Shown here piece by piece: positions 27,259-34,533 of a stretch of DNA of 50,908 bases. The stretch's first letter is position 1. Each line of letters begins with the position of its first letter. Made by a program: the position numbers and the translations under genes. Source of the DNA: a virus (lineage: Duplodnaviria; Caudoviricetes); IMG/VR virus record IMGVR_UViG_3300024279_000010, positions 1 to 50,908 of that record. One strand, 5' to 3'. The notes beneath the pieces are model-generated. The model searched no databases. It saw nothing but the letters and a program-made list of their open reading frames with translations, and was not told the origin of the DNA.

Positions 27259-28746
27259 TTAACGCCGGCGTTGCGCCGCTAACTTTAGTACCGCATCGGA
27301 AATAGCGAGTTGACCAAAGAACGGATAGAGCCGGCGGAGCGCTTGCGTTGTCATATCAACCCAATCGTCATTCTTCGCCGCGGGGAAACCAGTCATCTCC
27401 GCGAGATACGATCCGCTTATGAAATGATCCGTTCGTTGGCTCCCCGTCACCCACACGGCCGTTTGTGGATGAGGGATGAACACGTTTCGAGCTTCCCAAA
27501 CGCTCGTTGTGGCATGCGCGCGAGCGAGCTTCGATCCATCGGGCTCGATAGGGATCAACCGCGGAACTCGCTTCTTCAGGAAATCAATTACCGCTGGTCC
27601 GTTAGCTTTGTCTTCAATGAGAACTTCTGACGGCCGCGGCGGTTGGGCTTGCAAATCCTCCACACTAACAGCGGTATCCACAAAGCCCATACGCTTATGA
27701 ACAACGCGCAATAGATATGCGTTCGCACCTTTCTTACCCCACTTTCCACCACAAACGAAATCGGTTCCGTCCGTGTCTTTGAACGTGCAATCCCACGAAT
27801 CAATAACCAAATCGAAAGAGCTGGGGAGATCTTTCGGAAAGTAAAACTGAATACCAACAGCCTTGAAGACATTTCCGCCGGCCGGCTTCGGGTTTTGCTG
27901 ATAGAGCGCGCTCCACCAGTAATCCGACATGAGCCCTTTTTGTTCGCGGAGCTTTTCGAGCGAATGCAGCTCCGGGACTAGAGCCCCTTCAGGAAGCTCC
28001 GGATCGTAACCAGTTTCGTCCGGGAAGTTGATAGCAGGGAAGCGAAGAATCTTTAAGCGCGGATCTCCGACATATTGAGCCGCAATCCGACCAGCAAGAT
28101 CATCTTCAGCCCATGACGTTGCCATGATGATTTGGCCGGAGTTCTGAGAAAGACGAGTTGTAAAAACCGTCTGATACCAGCTCCAATGAGATTCTTTAAT
28201 CGTCTCGCTCAGCGCTTCCGCTTGATCTTTAATCGGATCGTCAATAATCCCGATATCAACCGGGTTTCCCGTTAAGCCTTGTCCCACGCCAACTGCGATG
28301 TAAGAGCCCGTTCCGTTCGGAGAACTGAACTCATCCATCTTGTTCACATCGAATTTTCCCCTGATCTTCGTAACAGGGAACAATCGCGAGTGTTCAGTGG
28401 AAGCGAGATTTCTTCGAACAGCGCGCGCCATCTTTCGCGCGAGATCAGCGTTATACGATGCGGTTCCAATTCGGAAATTTGGAAATCGCGCCATGATATA
28501 CGCCGGCAACTTGCGCGAAACCATTTCAGATTTTCCATGCTGGGGAGGAGCTTGAAGAATCAGAATCGGACGCAATCCAGCCACAACATCAGAAATGAAC
28601 TGATCAAGCGCGCGGCATACAGCACGGCTGAAGCCTGAAGCTAGATAGTGGCCGGCGCTGGTGTACTGGATATAATCATGAAGCCCAACGCGAGCGCGCC
28701 GGCGCTGGAGTAGTTCGGCCGCGGCTTCAGCGATGGTTACACTCAC
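27259..28746 (-). CDS. terL: Terminase large subunit
   Basis: APPQHGKS Walker A, IIDDP Walker B, SWDCTFK, IEDKANG, NDDWVD nuclease motifs. Confidence 0.95.
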   Translation of the reverse strand: MSVTIAEAAAELLQRRRARVGLHDYIQYTSAGHYLASGFSRAVCRALDQFISDVVAGLRPILILQAPPQHGKSEMVSRKLPAYIMARFPNFRIGTASYNADLARKMARAVRRNLASTEHSRLFPVTKIRGKFDVNKMDEFSSPNGTGSYIAVGVGQGLTGNPVDIGIIDDPIKDQAEALSETIKESHWSWYQTVFTTRLSQNSGQIIMATSWAEDDLAGRIAAQYVGDPRLKILRFPAINFPDETGYDPELPEGALVPELHSLEKLREQKGLMSDYWWSALYQQNPKPAGGNVFKAVGIQFYFPKDLPSSFDLVIDSWDCTFKDTDGTDFVCGGKWGKKGANAYLLRVVHKRMGFVDTAVSVEDLQAQPPRPSEVLIEDKANGPAVIDFLKKRVPRLIPIEPDGSKLARAHATTSVWEARNVFIPHPQTAVWVTGSQRTDHFISGSYLAEMTGFPAAKNDDWVDMTTQALRRLYPFFGQLAISDAVLKLAAQRRR

Positions 28747-28949
28747 TTGTTCAACTCCCTGAGAATTTGATTTCGCATGATCGTTTTGACTTCAGCGCGC
28801 GTTGAGTGATCTGCGTGATGGATGCAAGAGCAATCCGGCTGAACACATTGTTTGCAAGCTCCAAACAGGCATTCGCGCGAGATCTTATGTTTTCGATCTC
28901 TTAATTTCGGATTGGCTGATGGTTGCATAGGCATGGTTTCCCCGCACAC
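28743..28949 (-). CDS. Small Cys/His-rich protein
   Basis: CLFGACKQCVQPDCSCIHH; overlaps the terL start. Confidence 0.5.
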   Translation of the reverse strand: MCGETMPMQPSANPKLRDRKHKISRECLFGACKQCVQPDCSCIHHADHSTRAEVKTIMRNQILRELNK

Positions 28950-28987
28950 TTCTCATGCTTATTGAAAATACACTGCCAACAAACCGC

Positions 28988-29124
28988 GCCGGCGAACTTA
29001 TCTTTGTTCAGTTGTTTTGACATTGTTGATAATAATACAACGGCCGCTCAGCTTATATGGGGGTAAGCGAGCGGCCGGAACAGCCCCGTCTAGTCTCGAA
29101 TTAAACGGAGCCATTTTCGCCGGC
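28988..29124 (-). ncRNA. Putative structured RNA or DNA element between terS and terL
   Basis: Closing stem GCCGGCGAA/TTCGCCGGC enclosing two long hairpins (29080-29114, 29041-29077). Confidence 0.4.
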
Positions 29125-29198
29125 AACCGTGGAGGCAAACGCGGCCGGCAACTACCTAAGCGAAGAATCCACCAACGCGAGCGCCGGAGAGCCGCTTC

Positions 29199-29954
29199 CT
29201 ATTCCTCTTGCTTAATAATTTGCGCGAGCTGATCATCGGAAAGATCAGCGGCCGTAAATCCTACCATCGCGAGCGGTCCCCCGTTAGGTCCGGAAAGCTC
29301 GCGTTTATCGATCAGCATCCCAAGGTACTTCGCAATGTTGTCTCGCGCTGTATCCTGATCCCTCATCTTCACTTCAATTCCATGCTGGGTTTCTTTCACT
29401 CCAGCGTAAAGCCGGCGCGCCGCTCCCTTGAGCCGGCGAACGTCCGCGATCCCAATTCGCCCTTCACCGTTCCCGTGGCAATAGGGACAATCAGCGGCCG
29501 GCGTTCGCTTCGGATCAAAACCAAATCCCCCAAGCGGTATCGGAGGAATGCGTTTCGAGCAAAGTTCTTCGCATTTGGAGTTACAGCGATGTTCTTGAGC
29601 ACTCTGAACCGCTTTCTTATATTCGAACTCGCTCCACTGAAATTCATGGTTCAAGCCGTAGCAATGCCGGCAACTTTGAACTTCGTAATAGATCAGCTCA
29701 GCCGGATCAGCTTCAGCGATCTCGCGCCATTGGCGAAGAACCCATTCGACAGACAAACCAGCCGCGGCCGCTAGATCAGCTTTTCGATCCTCAATTGCTT
29801 GATAGATCTCCGCATTGCTGAGCCAACGATAAGCCTGAGTTGAAGCGTTTGACTCAGAAATACCCGCACGTATAGCGGCTTGAGTTCCGTTCCAATCCTT
29901 CGGAAACTCAAGAATAAATGCGTGTTGTTGAGCCGTCAGCGCCATGTCATCCAC
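29199..29954 (-). CDS. terS: Terminase small subunit with Cys-rich insertion
   Basis: LTAQQHAFILEF...NGTQAAIRAG HTH; CRHC...CPYCHG; ELSGPNGGP end. Confidence 0.9.
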   Translation of the reverse strand: MDDMALTAQQHAFILEFPKDWNGTQAAIRAGISESNASTQAYRWLSNAEIYQAIEDRKADLAAAAGLSVEWVLRQWREIAEADPAELIYYEVQSCRHCYGLNHEFQWSEFEYKKAVQSAQEHRCNSKCEELCSKRIPPIPLGGFGFDPKRTPAADCPYCHGNGEGRIGIADVRRLKGAARRLYAGVKETQHGIEVKMRDQDTARDNIAKYLGMLIDKRELSGPNGGPLAMVGFTAADLSDDQLAQIIKQEE

Positions 29955-30237
29955 AATCAGAGCATAATTCGGGCTCCGGAATCAATAATTAACCCGGAGT
30001 TTCTACAGTGTATAGGGAGGGGTAAATTATCGGGGTATTCTTAACTTATTTAAATAGAGATATATAAAGAGAATATACCCCGCTAACCCGCCTATTAGGG
30101 GCGCCGGCGGGTAATAACATCATCATACAGAAGGATAGTGTATGAACATACCAATAATAAACAAGTAATACTGTAGGATGGAGAGATTTAGGGGGAGGGA
30201 GGTAAAATGCGTGTCGGGGTGGGTTTTCGGGTAGAAT

Positions 30238-30265
30238 TTGACAAACAAATGGCGAAGCGTAGTAT
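30238..30265 (+). promoter_or_regulatory. Sigma70-like promoter for the early block
   Basis: TTGACA-16nt-TAGTAT upstream of ATG 30274. Confidence 0.55.
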
Positions 30266-30273
30266 ATGTAATC

Positions 30274-30762
30274 ATGGAAATTATCACTAGAGAGCAAGCG
30301 CGCCGGCAAGGATTGACTCAGTATTTTACTGGAATTCCTTGCAAGAATAATCACATCACCCATCGTTATACCCAAAGTGGAACTTGCGCCGGCTGTATCC
30401 GGATGTATAACGCTCCAATGAACGTTGTTGAAGAGCACCAAAAACGCCGGGATAATTTAGCGCGGCTGGTTTCCTTTCGAACTCGCGTTGCTGATTGTGA
30501 TGTGGGATTCATTTCGGAGATGATCCTAGCGAGTGTGAAAGCCCGCGAACCCGGCGCGCGAATGGCTGATGTGTTCAAAACGAGTCCGGGAGTGAAGCGA
30601 GTTGAGTTCTCCGGAGTCCACCAGTTCAATTGTTTTGCGGAGGATCTCACGGGGCTCCGGGATGCCACAGTAAAGATCTTCGATTCTCGTTGCGTTCAAG
30701 TGAAGGATATCCCCACTTTTGTTCCCCCTCCGATTGATTGGCCCGAAGGTGATCCGCGATGA
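30274..30762 (+). CDS. Hypothetical protein with Cys/His N-terminal domain
   Basis: ITREQARRQGLTQYFTGIPCKNNH...RY...CAGC motif; the TTG at 30238 is the -35 box, so ATG 30274 chosen. Confidence 0.7.
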   Translation: MEIITREQARRQGLTQYFTGIPCKNNHITHRYTQSGTCAGCIRMYNAPMNVVEEHQKRRDNLARLVSFRTRVADCDVGFISEMILASVKAREPGARMADVFKTSPGVKRVEFSGVHQFNCFAEDLTGLRDATVKIFDSRCVQVKDIPTFVPPPIDWPEGDPR

Positions 30763-30962
30763 TTTTGATGATCGATCTCCCCAAACTGTTTGATGGATGC
30801 TTTCTGGTAAGTGAACGAAGGATTTCCGTTCCCGGCCGCGGCATTCTAGATCGATCTCGTTTCAACGTGATCTTCGGAGGGAATGTGTTCGAGCTTCCCG
30901 ACAATCGCACCACAACAAGCCCTTATGTAGCGTTCCGGGCAATGCTGAGAGTAGCCCGATGA
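30759..30962 (+). CDS. Hypothetical protein
   Basis: 67 aa; ATGA coupling; RFNVIFGG..F resembles the central primase segment. Confidence 0.6.
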   Translation: MILMIDLPKLFDGCFLVSERRISVPGRGILDRSRFNVIFGGNVFELPDNRTTTSPYVAFRAMLRVAR

Positions 30963-31033
30963 ACCGGCCGGCGCTCCGCCGCTCCCTAGAGATGATCATT
31001 TACATCTTTTGGGTGATCATCGCATTTTTATGC

Positions 31034-31062
31034 TTGACACATAACTAGTAATGTGCGAAACT
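31034..31062 (+). promoter_or_regulatory. Class-2 promoter/operator, copy 1
   Basis: TTGACAC-ATAA-CTAGTAATGTGCGAA; near-identical to 32201. Confidence 0.65.
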
Positions 31063-31085
31063 GTTTTCAGTGGAGGGGAAACATA

Positions 31086-31286
31086 ATGTTCACAGGATAT
31101 GAGATTTGGGCAGCTTATCAAGGGTTGACGGGTTTTCTCGCGTTGAAAGCTTTTATCCCGGCTGAAGTTGACGGCTCACACAAAATCAAAGCTGATCTCG
31201 AAGTTGAGAGATTGACGGCCGCAAATACGAATTCCAAAATCTACTATCGAATTTCCCTCCATTTCGGGAAAGCGGCCGGTAAATGA
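31086..31286 (+). CDS. Hypothetical protein
   Basis: GGAGG RBS; MFTGYEIWAAY. Confidence 0.65.
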   Translation: MFTGYEIWAAYQGLTGFLALKAFIPAEVDGSHKIKADLEVERLTAANTNSKIYYRISLHFGKAAGK

Positions 31287-31423
31287 ACCGCTTCGTATCG
31301 TTTCTCTACAAATACGGGTTGCTCCCGGATCGGCGCGCGGTTCGCCGGCTGGAGCGCGAAGCCGCTTGGATTGAAGGATACCGCGCGGCAATGAGGGAAC
31401 AACAGCGGGGGATGACTCAGTGA
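31283..31423 (+). CDS. 46-aa hypothetical protein
   Basis: ATGA and GTGA coupling at both ends. Confidence 0.5.
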   Translation: MNRFVSFLYKYGLLPDRRAVRRLEREAAWIEGYRAAMREQQRGMTQ

Positions 31424-31644
31424 CGCTCGCGGAATCGTTCCACGCTTCGCCGGCTGAGCTGTTCCTCTGTCCCGATTGTGGGGAGATCGGGAACCAGCCG
31501 GCGAACTGTCCCGCATGCGCGAACCCTCATAACCTGATGAACCTTTCAACCATCCTGAATCGTCCGGAGGTACAACTATGTCAAGACCGCTTACCAAACT
31601 TGAAACGTTACGCGAGCAACTTAAAGTTGCAGCAACGGAAATGA
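31420..31644 (+). CDS. Small zinc-ribbon protein
   Basis: CPDC...CPAC. Confidence 0.6.
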   Translation: MTLAESFHASPAELFLCPDCGEIGNQPANCPACANPHNLMNLSTILNRPEVQLCQDRLPNLKRYASNLKLQQRK

Positions 31645-31727
31645 GAAATCAAGCGATGTTCTATACCGCGGAAGCGGATCGGCTGGAGGAATGCATTCGG
31701 CTCCTCACGCCGCGGAGGGTATCGTAA
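31578..31727 (+). CDS. 49-aa coiled-coil peptide
   Basis: GGAGG RBS, MSRPLTKLETLREQL; TAATG coupling to the next gene. Confidence 0.55.
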   Translation: MSRPLTKLETLREQLKVAATEMRNQAMFYTAEADRLEECIRLLTPRRVS

Positions 31728-32041
31728 TGAAAGTTGGTGATATCGTCAAGGTCTACAGCTCAATCAGCGACTATGACGGTCAAACCGGCCGGATCATCCT
31801 GATTGCTTCAGCTCCCGGCGCGCCGGCTCCCTACGTTGTACAGTTCGGAGATGCGCTTACGGAACCATTCAGCGAACGGGAACTAGTCCCTATGAGCACG
31901 ATAGAGCCGGAATGGATCTCAGCTCCCCTCCCGACCTTCCACGCTCCCCACGGGGCTTCCCAGCTCGCGCGGCGTTGGGTTGGAGGGATCATTGCCCGGA
32001 AGTTCATGGCAAGCGAGCGCCGGCGTTTGGTGACCCGATGA
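31727..32041 (+). CDS. KOW/SH3-like small protein
   Basis: MKVGDIVKV...GQTGRI...YVVQF...FSEREL. Confidence 0.65.
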   Translation: MKVGDIVKVYSSISDYDGQTGRIILIASAPGAPAPYVVQFGDALTEPFSERELVPMSTIEPEWISAPLPTFHAPHGASQLARRWVGGIIARKFMASERRRLVTR

Positions 32042-32154
32042 AGAAGATCTTCCTTTACGCGCTGATGTTCCTTGGAGTCTTCCTGATCATTACCGCCGCT
32101 CTCTACTCTATAGAGCAATTGGACTATCCAACTTACAGTGTGGAGGATCAATGA
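32038..32154 (+). CDS. Small membrane peptide
   Basis: MKKIFLYALMFLGVFLIITAALY. Confidence 0.5.
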   Translation: MKKIFLYALMFLGVFLIITAALYSIEQLDYPTYSVEDQ

Positions 32155-32200
32155 TGATGAACCTTTGGTGGAAATTTTGCAGTTGGCTGATAAATAGCTA

Positions 32201-32229
32201 TTGACACGTTGCTAGTAATGTGCGAAGAT
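32201..32229 (+). promoter_or_regulatory. Class-2 promoter/operator, copy 2
   Basis: TTGACAC-GTTG-CTAGTAATGTGCGAA. Confidence 0.65.
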
Positions 32230-32235
32230 AACAAC

Positions 32236-32397
32236 ATGATCAACGAACCGGAGAAATCGAATCCGCCGCTAGCGAGCTTCAAGTTCATCGCATGGATGAT
32301 GATCACGATTTCTGTGGGCTGGTTCCTTGTTCATTACGTTGCACATTTACAGATGGAATTCAAATCTCTGGGAGAAAGGCTGGTAAGTTTCCTATGA
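32236..32397 (+). CDS. Small membrane protein
   Basis: One hydrophobic segment; ATGA coupling. Confidence 0.5.
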   Translation: MINEPEKSNPPLASFKFIAWMMITISVGWFLVHYVAHLQMEFKSLGERLVSFL

Positions 32398-32645
32398 ACG
32401 ATCCGATTATCAAACTACTTGTTATTCTCATTGTGGTCGCAGCTTTCGCGCTTTGGGTTGCGGTTCAACATGAGATCACCAAACACCATCGCACCATGCG
32501 CGAAGCTCAGAAGCGCGAAGCTGAAGCTGAGTATCATAAGCGGCTCGCCGGCAAGTATGCAGCCACAATGACGGAAGAGGATCGTAAGTGGTATGCGAGC
32601 CTTCCCGATTGGGACCGTCTTCCGATTTTCAGAACGAAGTCATGA
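32394..32645 (+). CDS. Small membrane-anchored protein
   Basis: MNDPIIKLLVILIVVAAFALWVAV then a charged helix. Confidence 0.6.
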   Translation: MNDPIIKLLVILIVVAAFALWVAVQHEITKHHRTMREAQKREAEAEYHKRLAGKYAATMTEEDRKWYASLPDWDRLPIFRTKS

Positions 32646-32704
32646 GTAAGGCTGATGCGCGAGCGATTGCGTTGCGGCAAGTGATTTGAGACAGGAGACG
32701 GAAG

Positions 32705-33310
32705 GTGCTTTACACAACACTCGAACTACTTAAGAAACAATCCGCGTGCCTGGAAGGCATGAAAACTTTAATTGATTCTTTGGCTCCGAATTATCCCAAA
32801 GACAAACAAATTTCTCTTGCTCACATTTTTAAATCAAATGGTTTTGATCACGCGATGTGGGCTCTCCGTGCAACAACGGTGGATGCTCGAAAATTTACCG
32901 CTCATATGGCAATTGATTTTGCTTTTAGGGTTATCGATAACTTCGAAAAGCAATTTCCAGACGATAAGCGGCCGCGAACAGCGTTGGAACAAACCGAAGC
33001 ATTTTTGGACGGGAAGATAACCTTAAAAGAATTGGAGAGCGCAGAGAGGAGCGCAGCGAGCGCAGCGAGGAGCGCAGCGTGGAGCGCAGCGTGGAGCGCA
33101 GCGAGGAGCGCAGAGAGCGCAGCGAGGAGCGCAGCGTGGAGCGCAGCGTGGAGCGCAGAGAGCGCAGCGAGGAGCGCAGAGAGCGCAGCGAGGAGCGCAG
33201 AGAGCGCAGCGAGGAGCGCAGCGTGGAGCGCAGCGTGGAGCGCAGCGAGGAGCGCAGCGGAGTCTGAAAACGAAAAAATCTTTAAGAAATGGATATCCAA
33301 AAAACTATGA
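32705..33310 (+). CDS. Imm5-like phage protein with SAAx tandem repeats
   Basis: FEKQFPDDKRPRTALE motif; 20 SAAW/SAAR/SAE-type units. Confidence 0.72.
   Translation: MLYTTLELLKKQSACLEGMKTLIDSLAPNYPKDKQISLAHIFKSNGFDHAMWALRATTVDARKFTAHMAIDFAFRVIDNFEKQFPDDKRPRTALEQTEAFLDGKITLKELESAERSAASAARSAAWSAAWSAARSAESAARSAAWSAAWSAESAARSAESAARSAESAARSAAWSAAWSAARSAAESENEKIFKKWISKKL
33038..33262 (+). repeat. Coding minisatellite: 20 units of 9 or 12 bp, each starting AGCGCAG
   Basis: Read directly from the sequence. Confidence 0.95.
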
Positions 33311-33528
33311 AGTATTCAACCGCTTGGGATCTCAGTTCGATCCCTGAAGATCAATGGGCATCAGAACACGGCCGGCGCAATCGCGCTAAAGCGCCGCGGA
33401 GCCCGCGGGCTCCAAAGCTAAAGCCGTGTAAGGGATGTAAAACTCCCCTCACAGCGCGTCAACGGGAGTATGGTCAATTTTGCCCACAATGCGGGCTCCC
33501 CCAGAAACGAGAGAAGGTGAAGCTGTGA
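33307..33528 (+). CDS. Small zinc-finger protein
   Basis: CKGC...CPQC; basic. Confidence 0.6.
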   Translation: MKYSTAWDLSSIPEDQWASEHGRRNRAKAPRSPRAPKLKPCKGCKTPLTARQREYGQFCPQCGLPQKREKVKL

Positions 33529-33956
33529 TCAGTCCCCTTACACCAATCATCAGTCTTCATCGCCCGTGGGCCGATTGGGTTGCGTTGGGCTGGAAGAAGA
33601 TCGAAACGCGAACTCACTCACGTTTTAAAAAGCTCGCTGGGGGAGTAATTGCAATTCACGCTTCGAAGACTTGGGATCTCAATTGGGAAAGAGCTGCAAA
33701 CAACTATTTGACTCCAAACCAACGAGAATTTACCAAAGAAGTTTTGCCGAAATGGGATTGGAGCGGGAAAATCATTTGTTACGTTTTCGTTGAACGATTC
33801 GGCCGCTGTCTTCCTTCCGATTCGCGAGATGCGATGATTGAATGCTTTCCGACCATTCGCGAAGGGTTATGGTTGAGTGGCGTTACTCAACTGAGCGAGC
33901 CAATAGAAATCAGAGGAATGCAAGGGATCTTCTACCGGAGGGAACGCCGCAGATGA
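33525..33956 (+). CDS. ASCH (PUA-like) domain protein
   Basis: ISLHRPWA...GWKKIETR...IAIHASK...GKII...PIEIRGMQGIF. Confidence 0.85.
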   Translation: MISPLTPIISLHRPWADWVALGWKKIETRTHSRFKKLAGGVIAIHASKTWDLNWERAANNYLTPNQREFTKEVLPKWDWSGKIICYVFVERFGRCLPSDSRDAMIECFPTIREGLWLSGVTQLSEPIEIRGMQGIFYRRERRR

Positions 33957-34048
33957 AACACTTCTTCGAACTATGGGGAATCGTCGCGTTCATCTGGATT
34001 GCAGGCTTACTGATTGGAAAATGGATCGGCCGCAAACTGTGGAAATGA
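33953..34048 (+). CDS. 31-aa membrane peptide
   Basis: Hydrophobic; ATGA coupling on both sides. Confidence 0.45.
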   Translation: MKHFFELWGIVAFIWIAGLLIGKWIGRKLWK

Positions 34049-34191
34049 ATTCGGAACGGAAATCACCGGCAATTTTCCTTTATCATTGCAATCCTTGTGA
34101 TTGGCTGTTTGTCATTTTGTTTGGCGAGCCCGCAATTTGCCCGAAATGCAAACGCGAATACAAACTTCCGGGAGAGAGGCAAGTTAATTAA
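34045..34191 (+). CDS. Small zinc-ribbon peptide
   Basis: CNPC...CPKC. Confidence 0.5.
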   Translation: MNSERKSPAIFLYHCNPCDWLFVILFGEPAICPKCKREYKLPGERQVN

Positions 34192-34209
34192 ACTGTGGAA
34201 ATCGCCCCA

Positions 34210-34238
34210 TTGACAAGACTGTCAATAAGCATTAGCTT
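34210..34238 (+). promoter_or_regulatory. Sigma70 promoter with overlapping class-1 operator
   Basis: TTGACA-17nt-TAGCTT; TTGACA-AGAC-TGTCAA. Confidence 0.75.
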
Positions 34239-34290
34239 CCTTTCATTCCCCCGATTCTGAGGAAAATTTAATCCCGAAGGGAACACCATC

Positions 34291-34500
34291 ATGACAACTG
34301 CGATTCAGAAGAACCCGGAACTCAAATCGAGCTTGGATCGTGTTCGCAATCGCGTCAACCAACTCGAAAAAATCGCCGGCAAAATGAAAGACTCAACGGA
34401 CTCGAATATCCGTGATCAGCATGCAACTCTTGTAAGCGCTGTTGTGGATCTTAGAACCGAAATCGGAGCTTGGGAGAGCCACCTAAACGAACAGGAATAA
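34291..34500 (+). CDS. 69-aa coiled-coil protein with its own promoter
   Basis: GAAGGGA RBS; heptad pattern. Confidence 0.7.
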   Translation: MTTAIQKNPELKSSLDRVRNRVNQLEKIAGKMKDSTDSNIRDQHATLVSAVVDLRTEIGAWESHLNEQE

Positions 34501-34533
34501 CCCCAAGAGCGGCGCTGTGGTACGCCGGGACGC

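Noticed and set aside
27259-28746. Intein or intron in terL (also checked in polymerase and helicases)
   Set aside because: Normal lengths, contiguous motifs, no splice-junction signatures
217-29774. Many plus-strand ORFs antisense to the late operon (e.g. 4936-5550, 11754-12338, 21511-22128)
   Set aside because: Shadow ORFs of well-supported minus-strand genes; no motifs or RBS
33038-33262. Possible CRISPR array
   Set aside because: Units are 9-12 bp, contiguous, have no spacers and are in frame within a CDS; no cas operon (the Cas4-like gene is a replication exonuclease)
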